Below are positions 1 through 7,254 of a stretch of 8,719 bases of DNA, piece after piece. Every line of letters starts with the position of its first letter. The first letter of the stretch is position 1. A program made the position numbers and the translations under genes. The stretch is from Octopus sinensis. Lineage: Eukaryota. A model generated the notes under the pieces. The model had not been told where the DNA came from and searched no databases. It worked only from the letters and a program-made list of their open reading frames with translations. The DNA lies in NCBI RefSeq assembly GCF_006345805.1, contig NW_021828372.1, positions 1-8,719 of the forward strand, in the 5' to 3' direction.

Positions 1-56
1 CGGGAACGTGAAACTCTGAGTAACAGCTTTGTTATATTGTTGCTGCTTTAAATAAA

Positions 57-57
<1 letters not shown>

Positions 58-95
<38 letters not shown>
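58..95. repeat. (TA)n microsatellite
   Basis: Pure TA run. Confidence 0.95.
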
Positions 96-96
<1 letters not shown>

Positions 97-164
97 TTTC
101 CATTAAGCAGATTTGAAGGTCGACGATGTACTTTCCATTAAGCAGATTTGAAGGTCGACGATGT
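94..164. repeat. Perfect 35-bp tandem duplication
   Basis: tactttccattaagcagatttgaaggtcgacgatg at 94-128 and 129-163. Confidence 0.95.
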
Positions 165-508
165 GTATGTGACCTTTACTACTAAAAGTTCATTAAATTG
201 AATGTAATTTAGGGACTACTTTTGTTGATTTTAATGTAACAAAATTAATAAATTAGTTACTAATTAATCAATTAAACTTTAACATATGCAACTGTACAGC
301 ATAAAAGCATACACACGATATGGCGGCATACTAATATGAAGCAGACTGAATGTAACTGTAAGCGAATCTTCCTCATTACACAAACCAAATTTTGTATTTG
401 TTAATTCCATTTTTCGTTGACACAAGCAACAACGAACTTTGAGAGAGCTCATATTTTACGAACAAACAGTAAGTAATAAAACACAAGTATTCGTCTGTTA
501 TATTCTTT

Positions 509-915
509 AGGCGCAGGAGTGGCTGTGTGGTAAGTAGCTTGCTAACCAACCACATGGCTCCGGGTTCAGTCCCACTGTGTGGCATCTTGGGTAAGTGTCT
601 TCTGCTATAGCCCCGGGCCGACCAATGCTTTGTGAGTGGATTTGGTAGACGGAAACTGAAAGAAGCCTGTCGTATATATGTATATATATATATGTGTGTG
701 TGTGTTTGTGTATTTGTCCCCCTAGCATTGCTTAACAACCGATGCTAGTGTGTTTACGTCCCCGTAACTTAGCGGTTCGGCAAAAGAGACCGATAGAATA
801 AGTACTGGGCTTACAAAGAATAAGTCCCGGGGTCGATTTGCTCGACTAAAGGCGGTGCTCCAGCATGGCCGCAGTCAAATGACTGAAACAAGTAAAAAAG
901 ATAAAAAAAAAAAGA
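509..915 (+). mobile_element. tRNA-derived SINE, probably CORE-type octopus family, near full length
   Basis: A-box-like TGGCTGTGTGG 520-530 and B-box-like GGTTCAGTCCC 563-573. CORE-like cttgggtaagtgtctt follows. Internal (TA)/(TG) tract at ~673-710 and A-rich tail at ~893-915. A diverged reverse-complement copy lies at 5981-6106. Family assignment is from memory. Confidence 0.85.
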
Positions 916-1436
916 TAGTGGAATCTGTGAATCGTTGTTGTTTCAAGTAAAGTATAATATGAAAACGGTCACTGTCCCGTCCAGCATATTTAATCATTGT
1001 TCCGATTCGCCTACATATGTGCGTGTGTGTGTGCATATATCTTTTTTGGTACTCACTTTGTTGGTTATGACAACGAGTGTTGTTTAAAATGCTGGTGTTG
1101 ATCTGGAAACATCGTAATCAATATGGCGTTGCGTCGTATTGCGCCCTCCTTGTATACTTCAATCGGTACATGCAGTATCACTAATCTCAGTCGGAGCATA
1201 GGTACCTAACGTTAGCTCCATATAGAGATGGTGCTCAATTGCTCTATGAAAATGGTGGGAGGGTGCTTATGTGAGATCTGCCATACTGTACTCACAGAGT
1301 GGCATAAACCATTCTACTCCTGACTGGCTGTACTGTAGTTGTACACAGTATGTGGATCTTCAAGGTGAGCTCTGATTGGTTGTTTGCAAATGAGTTCATT
1401 ACTGGGGTCTAGAACTTTCGTGTGGAAAAGATTTCG

Positions 1437-1663
1437 TGGACGGGACGCCGTCCCTTTGCAGGTGAGCTCCTAGATACAGGAGGAAAGAATGAGAGAAAGC
1501 TGTGGCGAAAGAGTCAGCAGAAGTTCGCCATTACTTTCTGCCGGAGCCGCGTGGAGCTTAGGTGTTTCGCTCATTAACACGCACATCGTCCGGTTTGAGA
1601 TTCGAACTCACGATCCCTCGACTGCGAGTCCGCTGCTCTAACCACTAGGCCATGTGCCTCCAC
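1437..1663 (-). mobile_element. tRNA-derived SINE, 3'-truncated
   Basis: Minus-strand head gtggaggcacatggcctagtggttagagcagcgg. A box at 1642-1652 (TGGCCTAGTGG) and B box at 1598-1608 (AGTTCGAATCT). Shares tggacgggacgcc (1437-1449) with the SINE at 1766-2030 (1855-1867). Confidence 0.85.
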
Positions 1664-1765
1664 TCTCTATATAGTGGCATGCATAAATACAACCACAAAA
1701 AAAAAAGCAGAAGAAAGTGAAAAAAGATAAATAGATAAATAGAACGGGAATAAGGAGAAAATATA

Positions 1766-2030
1766 TTTAAAAAAAATAATAAATGCGCCTTTTAAAGCCT
1801 AGCCAGGCTAATGGGCCCAGTTTCCCGGTTTCCATGGTGTATGTGTTCCCCAGCTGGACGGGACGCCAGCCCATCGCAGCGTTACTCATTTTTGCCAGCT
1901 GAGTGAACTGGAGCAACGTGAAATGAAGTGTTTTGCTCAAGAACACAACGCGTCGGTCGGTCCAGGAATCGAAACCACAATCTTACGATCATGATGCTGA
2001 ACCCCTGACCACTAAGCCACGCGCCTCCAC
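1766..2030 (-). mobile_element. Full-length tRNA-derived SINE with 14-bp target-site duplication
   Basis: A box TGGCTTAGTGG at 2009-2019 and B box GGTTTCGATTCC at 1965-1976, both on minus. Flanked by identical aaggagaaaatata at 1752-1765 and 2031-2044. Short T/AT-rich tail. Confidence 0.92.
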
Positions 2031-2243
2031 AAGGAGAAAATATACTAGTACAAATATATAGAAAATTAAATGAGTTGTTAACGTAGTAATATAATATTTT
2101 AAAAAAATAGACAATAAGCTTCTACAAGAAGGAAGGAAGGTAGGAAGGAAGGAATATCAAATTATAGTGCAAGTGACGAGTCTTTTAATTCTCGTGCAGG
2201 TTAAGTAACATAATCTCCTTGCAGATAAAGAATTTAAAAACAT

Positions 2244-2522
2244 ATTGTTATATTTGGGGATTGTCATTTTATATACTCGTTCTTCATTTCAGCTTTATTA
2301 TTATAATTTTTTTGTGTCCTTTGTCTGAAATCTTTCGTCACACATCCTGTGACCTCTTCAGCGACTCTCCACCCTACGTGTATCCTTCTGTCCTGTTTAG
2401 AAAGATTTCGTATTAAGGCCACTAAAAGAAGAACGACAATAAAGATGAAGAGAAGAACGAATATATAGTGCGTGTGTTTATTTAGCAAAAGAAAACAAAT
2501 GACTATCCTAAAACATAACAAT
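2244..2522. mobile_element. Diverged inverted pair of short hammerhead-bearing, Penelope pLTR-like modules
   Basis: Reverse complement of 2270-2299 matches 2438-2467 (26/30) and reverse complement of 2244-2269 matches 2497-2522 (22/26). GAAAGATTTC occurs on minus at 2336-2327 and on plus at 2400-2409. AATAAA follows in both arms. Confidence 0.65.
2323..2365 (-). ncRNA. Minimal type I hammerhead ribozyme motif (HHR-C)
   Basis: Minus strand reads GUCG CUGAAGA G GUCACA GGAUG UGUGAC GAAA GAUU UC AGAC. Core intact, 6-bp stem II, near-palindromic vestigial stem III. Stem I is only GUC/GAC with a G.A mismatch at the first pair. Confidence 0.7.
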
Positions 2523-2815
2523 TTCTATTTCAACACACGATTCCACATCAAGAATCTTGCAAAACAAATACATAAACGATCTTAAAAAAACTTATTTATG
2601 CATATATACTTGTGTGTGCGCACGCGTCTGTTTGTATGTATGTATGTATGAATGTATGTGTGTATGTAAAACAAATAGTCCAGTGGTTCTCAACCGGGAT
2701 CCTCGTGGCCCATAGGGCTTCAAATAACATTCCGTTGTTAGAATTTATTTGTAATAAATTAGTTATAATTCTACAAGACACAAAATATATATTTTTTTTT
2801 ATACAATTCCTAATA

Positions 2816-3215
2816 TCTATATATATATAAGTGAAGTTGTGTGAGTGTCTGTCTCCTACGATTTAGATTCCTAACTACTCCCACATTTTGCGGTGCAGTT
2901 TAACCAAAACCGGGTATCTTATAGTCGTGATTCATATCTAGCCCTAATGGGTATTAGCGCGCGTCTACGATGAGTCTACGATTTTAAAAATAATTTACCA
3001 TAATTATTTTCCATTTTAGTGCATTTTTTTCGCTATTATATAAGGGAAGTAACTCTCTAAAAATGTCTACAATTAGTCTACGATTTAAAAAAAAATTTAC
3101 CATAATTTTTTTCCATTTTTAATGCATTTTTTGCTGTTTTTTGGCTATAACTCTCTAAAAATGCTTTATAGTTATTTCCCTTACAAACCCGAGCAACGCC
3201 GGGCGATACTGCTAG
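2816..3215 (+). mobile_element. Non-autonomous Helitron (400 bp)
   Basis: Starts TCTATATATATATAA after A2815. GC-rich hairpin cccgagcaacgccggg at 3188-3203. Ends CTAG at 3212-3215 followed by T. Inserted between A and T with no TSD, the canonical Helitron signature. Confidence 0.88.
2963..3163. repeat. ~102-bp imperfect tandem duplication inside the Helitron
   Basis: Units start with gtctac at 2963 and 3065. Both carry agtctacgattt...aatttaccataatt...ccatttt...gcatttttt...aactctctaaaaatg. Confidence 0.85.
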
Positions 3216-3619
3216 TTTGATTATAAAAATATAGCAGGATTTTTTAAAACATGGAATGGTAATGAAGGCCCATCTGAATACGATTGGAACCAATTGGGTC
3301 TACAGGCAAAAAATGGTTCAGAACCATAGCTTAGACGGGTGGTGTTAACGATGAGGTTACTCCTGGAAATATTCCTTTCGATTTAGGAAATATCTAAAAA
3401 GTGTGTAAGGTTTATTGCACAAGACCAGTAGTTGCCCACACATGCCGGGTTCATGTCCCCATGCCTCCGTTATTTTGCCCAAGAGAATGAGCAGACAAAT
3501 ACGGTTTGGCAGTTGTGTCACAGCCGGTGTTGCTCTCAAAACACTAAAGGCCGAAAAAAAAAATTCCGTGTTGCATCTTGTCTAACCCTCTACTACTTTC
3601 ACCAGACATGTACAAATTT

Positions 3620-3741
3620 TTTTATTGACTATAAAATAAAACGCGACTTTGATGGGATTTCAACTCAGAATGCAAAAGGGCGAAACTATTATGGCAAGGT
3701 ATTTATCCGTTTCCCTAAAGCCTCAGCCAATTTGTCGCATT
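3620..3741 (-). mobile_element. Highly decayed tRNA-SINE head
   Basis: Minus-strand B-box-like GAGTTGAAATCCC at ~3654-3666 and a weak A-box-like region near 3720-3741. Resembles a common octopus SINE as recalled. Confidence 0.45.
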
Positions 3742-4048
3742 GTGCATATCTTGATATGTATATTCGCGCACACATATACACACACACACACACACACATG
3801 TAGATATATATATATATATCAGTTCAATTTGGTAGCTCACCTATAGTGGAATCTTCCATTAAATATGCTTTAGCATCGCCTCTCGCTCGGTTCACTATTT
3901 AAACTTCTTGGTTTCATAGAATAATCAGCGCCCGATGAACATATTTGCCATGTATGTGAAACTACGTCTAATACATGTTGTGTGAAGTAAATGCATTAAT
4001 ACATTATTTACATTATTTACATTCGACGTCTTAATCTTGTTTGTTGTT

Positions 4049-4094
4049 AACACAAAGTTTCGGCTGCTATATCCTCCAGCCTTCTTCAGGTATC
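4049..4094 (-). ncRNA. Minimal type I hammerhead ribozyme motif (HHR-A), probably impaired
   Basis: GAUAC CUGAAGA A GGCUG GAGGAUAUAG CAGCC GAAA C UUU GUGUU. Core and stems I/II are present, but GUU has become UUU, breaking the AACGUU palindrome. Confidence 0.75.
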
Positions 4095-4149
4095 TTGGAA
4101 AAATTTCGAGTCTGGGTTCTCATTCCTAAGGTATTTTTCGATGTTGTCG

Positions 4150-4155
4150 TTATTA

Positions 4156-4227
<72 letters not shown>

Positions 4228-4282
4228 GTTGTTGTTGTTATTATTATTATTATTATTGTTATTATTATTATTATTATCATTA

Positions 4283-4346
<64 letters not shown>

Positions 4347-4348
4347 GT
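4150..4348. repeat. (ATT)n/(GTT)n microsatellite inside SINE copy A
   Basis: About 200 bp of tta repeats with gtt interruptions. The equivalent tract in copy B is about 70 bp (4555-4624). Confidence 0.95.
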
Positions 4349-4470
4349 TAAGGTCCCGGCTTGGAATCGAATTCGGAATCTTGGCTTGGGGTTAGTAGCC
4401 CGCGCTTTTAACCACTACACCATATGCCTGTGGTGATACATATACTCCTGGAAATATTCCTACCCCATAT

Positions 4471-4567
4471 GCCCACGGGCATATGGCGTAGTGGCTAAGA
4501 GCGCGGGCTATTAACTCCAGGATTCCGAGTTCGATTCCAAGCAGCGACCTAAACAACAAAAATAATA

Positions 4568-4624
<57 letters not shown>

Positions 4625-4790
4625 TTCGAAAAATACTTTAGGAATGAGGACCCAGGTTTGAAATTTCTCCAAGACACCTGAAGAAGGCTGGTATATCAGC
4701 CGAAACGTTGTGTTAACAGCAAGATGGGGACAAATATCCGTCGAATGTAAATAATTTAAATAATGAACATCTCTTAAATATGGAACTGTA
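4471..4790 (+). mobile_element. tRNA-headed SINE with internal (AAT)n and hammerhead-containing tail (copy B)
   Basis: A box TGGCGTAGTGG at 4484-4494, B box AGTTCGATTCC at 4528-4538, (AAT)n at 4555-4624 and HHR at 4673-4714. No T4 run on the sense strand until 4853-4856. Confidence 0.9.
4673..4714 (+). ncRNA. Minimal type I hammerhead ribozyme motif (HHR-B)
   Basis: GACAC(4673-77) CUGAAGA(4678-84) A GGCUG GUAUAU CAGCC(4686-4701) GAAA(4702-05) C GUU(4707-09) GUGUU(4710-14). Stem I is GACAC/GUGUU. Palindromic AACGUU replaces stem III, as in Penelope-type minimal HHRs. Predicted cleavage after 4709. Confidence 0.82.
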
Positions 4791-4853
4791 TATACATTAA
4801 TATATGTACATATATATACACACACACATCTACGTACAAATGTGTGTTTGCAT

Positions 4854-4857
<4 letters not shown>

Positions 4858-4928
<71 letters not shown>
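4858..4928. repeat. (TG)n microsatellite
   Basis: About 35 pure TG units. Confidence 0.97.
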
Positions 4929-4930
<2 letters not shown>

Positions 4931-5207
4931 AAACGTCATGAGTGTCGCAATTTTTGTAGAATGTCCATTGAACTTCTCTAGAGAAATCTGAAGCAAATCT
5001 CAAATTCTCAAGTAGTTCTCAATAATACGAAACTTCAGCTCCCTATTATCACCACATCAGACGCCTTAGCTACTTAGCAATCGAGACAGAACATACTCTG
5101 TATAAATGTATCGCTTTTAGATGGTGCTGAAATCTGCTTTTGGTCTGAGTGTATTACGTAAGTGTCTTGAGGGCCACTTTGCCCCGTACGATGTGCTTTA
5201 TGAAAGT

Positions 5208-5235
5208 TTGTGCGCGTGTGTGCATATATTTATAT

Positions 5236-5271
<36 letters not shown>

Positions 5272-5355
5272 CGTGTGTATGCATGTATTTATGTATGCTT
5301 CTGTTTGTCTATCGCACTGTGTGTTTGTGTGCTTATGCATGTGTGTATGTGTGTA

Positions 5356-5392
<37 letters not shown>

Positions 5393-5405
5393 GGTGCGTT
5401 TGTGT
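5208..5405. repeat. Compound degenerate (TG)n/(TA)n microsatellite
   Basis: Interrupted TG runs. Confidence 0.9.
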
Positions 5406-5513
5406 TGATTTAGAAAAGAGAAGGGAATTTTAAAAAATAAACGTTGGTAGCTTTCTCATTTGGGAAATACGAAAACACGAATAAGGTGACAACCAAAGTC
5501 CTGGTAAACCTGT

Positions 5514-5545
5514 TATATATATATATATATGTATATGTATATATG

Positions 5546-5608
<63 letters not shown>

Positions 5609-5657
5609 ATATATTATATATATGTGTTTGTGTATGTATGTATATATATATATATGG

Positions 5658-5732
<75 letters not shown>
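5514..5732. repeat. Long imperfect (TA)n microsatellite
   Basis: About 220 bp of TA with a few G/C interruptions. Further TA tracts lie at ~5910-5965 and 6106-6149. Confidence 0.95.
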
Positions 5733-5980
5733 ACTTAGCTATGTTTCGACCAAAGACTGGTCCATGCCATGTATTTAATATAAATATATAATTGTAATTA
5801 AGGGCGCCGGAGGGACAACGCCAATACGCTAGAATTAGATATCAAGTGTCTACAAGCCATGTTAAATGTTTCTCCTTTTTGCACAAGGCATATACGCATA
5901 CATACATACATAAATATATATATATATATATATATATACTATATATATATATCTATATATATATGCATACCCCCACACAC

Positions 5981-6105
5981 ATAAGACGAGCTTCTCTCAG
6001 TTTCATTCTCCTAAATCCACATAAAGGTTTTGGTCGACTCCGTGATATAGTAAAAGACATTTGCCCATGGGAACATGAAGTGGGACTGAATCCGGAAACG
6101 TTGGT

Positions 6106-6106
<1 letters not shown>
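5981..6106 (-). mobile_element. Diverged fragment of the SINE family at 509-915
   Basis: gtgggactgaatccgg, tatagtaaaagacatttgccca and cttctctcagtttc are reverse-complement matches to ~555-675. Confidence 0.85.
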
Positions 6107-6152
<46 letters not shown>

Positions 6153-6229
6153 CAGAGTTAACTTAACGAAAGCTTATGGTAAAGTTTGACCTGACTTAAT
6201 TACCCACCAAAAATACAACCCCACTAGTC

Positions 6230-6622
6230 AATAAGTACAACTGTCCTAATTGCGCAAGTTGCATCTTCCTCTTAGATGGCTCAACATACAAAGTTAAGTC
6301 AGGTTAAATTTTACCATAAAATATCACCTCACCTGTTTTCGAAGAACGTAATCTATGTTCTCAAATGTGGAGGGTGTGGTGGAGACTGTATAGGTCAAAC
6401 TAGTTTAACCTTGAGGGACAGACAAACAGTGCACAAGCAACAAATCCGGGACCCCACGACTAGAAAAATTCCTATAAGCAAACACCTAGACCAATAAACA
6501 TAAACCCGAAATACTAAATCTTCCCTATCTATCAACTCACCGGAAACACTTCAATCCAATTCCGTTTAAATAAGGAAAGCATACTCATTAAAAAATATAT
6601 ACTACAGCTGAATATCCTTTAG
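6230..6622 (+). pseudogene. Penelope-like retroelement C-terminus: Cys-rich linker plus GIY-YIG endonuclease, frameshifted
   Basis: Across frames: CPNCASC (6242-6262)...FTIKYHLTC / SKNVIYVLKCGGCGGDCIGQTSLTLRDRQTVHKQQIR...PISKHLDQ / IFPIYQL...RLNKESILIKKYILQLNIL* (TAG 6620-6622). The VIY-CxxC-(Y)IGQT, R..H and E..N residues are typical of PLE GIY-YIG domains. The Cys linker suggests the Neptune group. Stops and frameshifts are present and no RT domain is in the window. Confidence 0.85.
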
Positions 6623-7070
6623 AAAGAAGAAAAAATACTAAAGAGAAGAAAGGAAAAGGACCTAATTTCTCCACAAAATAACAACCAGGAAGAACAAACA
6701 ATTTTAAAAACTTAAGTAACAGTCTTCCACCCGGCTTTCGAAACCGCAGCTCCAAATCACCATTCAATAACACCATACAAACATCACTTGCCGACGTGAC
6801 TTACCTCTAAACACCAGTTGATGACCTCACCTAACTCTAGACCAATCAAAACCGAACTTCACCAAATACTAATGACCCTTTAAGAGAATCAACCAACGAC
6901 TAATGACTATTCCCCACAGGGAAGCCAACCAGGCAGAACGACAAACTTGACCACCGGAAATCAAGACGTCACCAGTACTTTAACGAATCAAAAATCAAAT
7001 CCGCTCGCGAAAAAAAATTATAAATACACCAGATTCCAAAACACACCATTACACACGACGGAAGGAGGAT
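6623..7070 (+). mobile_element. Probable 3' non-coding/pseudo-LTR region of the Penelope-like element
   Basis: Continues the strong A/C strand skew of the ORF. Contains CCAAT (6842-6846), CRE-like GACGTCA (6965-6971) and TATAAATA (7019-7026). The end point is uncertain. Confidence 0.5.
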
Positions 7071-7254
7071 CAGAGATGTTATAAACTAAATCCTTTTTTT
7101 TTTTTTACTATCTTCATTTCTCCCTTGTTTTTTCCCCTCTTAACTCAGTATGGCTGTAACTTTGATAATATTCATTTCTTGTCGATCACTACTAACACTA
7201 ATGAGCTTTGTACATTCAAACAATTTGGTGCACAGTTTAATTATTATTGACTGC

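Larger units (their letters stand above)
2681..3329. mobile_element. Non-autonomous hAT (Charlie/MER5-like) DNA transposon or MITE, interrupted by a Helitron
   Basis: Left end CAGTGGTTCTCAACC (2681-2695) is the typical Charlie-type TIR. Right end GGTTCAGAACCATAG (3315-3329) is a degenerate inverse. The 8-bp TSD is not clearly preserved. Confidence 0.7.
4000..4433 (-). mobile_element. tRNA-headed SINE with internal (AAT)n and hammerhead-containing tail (copy A)
   Basis: Reverse complement of copy B. A box TGGTGTAGTGG at 4412-4422, mutated B box AATTCGATTCC at 4363-4373, expanded (AAT)n, and a shared tail through to (aatgtaaat)-type repeats at ~4000-4025. Confidence 0.9.

Noticed and set aside
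94-164. 35-bp repeat as a CRISPR array
   Set aside because: Only two adjacent copies, no spacer, eukaryotic context.
376-738. ORFs of 120 and 73 aa on minus
   Set aside because: Antisense translations of a SINE and its microsatellite. Such peptides are often mis-annotated as hypothetical proteins.
1081-1436. GC-richer unique stretch as an exon or LINE fragment
   Set aside because: No recognisable protein motif or long open frame in the frames I read. Left unassigned.
3357-3846. Short overlapping ORFs (60-123 aa)
   Set aside because: No recognisable domain; the longer ones overlap a decayed SINE and CA/TA repeats.
4477-4550. SINE heads as functional tRNA genes (also 1590-1663, 1960-2030)
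   Set aside because: A/B boxes are present, but there is no proper acceptor stem and they run on into SINE bodies.
4041-4996. ORFs with poly-Y/L/I and HT repeats (4041-4436, 4141-4395, 4511-4996)
   Set aside because: Open only because of (ATT)n and (TG)n tracts. Their mutual similarity comes from the inverted SINE pair.
4988-5040. ctgaagc...gaaacttc as a hammerhead
   Set aside because: Core mismatch and no stem II or stem I pairing.
5439-5513. aaacgtt followed by a short tail before (TA)n as a ribozyme remnant
   Set aside because: No G of GAAA, no stem II and no CUGANGA upstream.
5121-6112. CV- and YI-rich ORFs
   Set aside because: Translations of (TG)n and (TA)n microsatellites and a SINE fragment.
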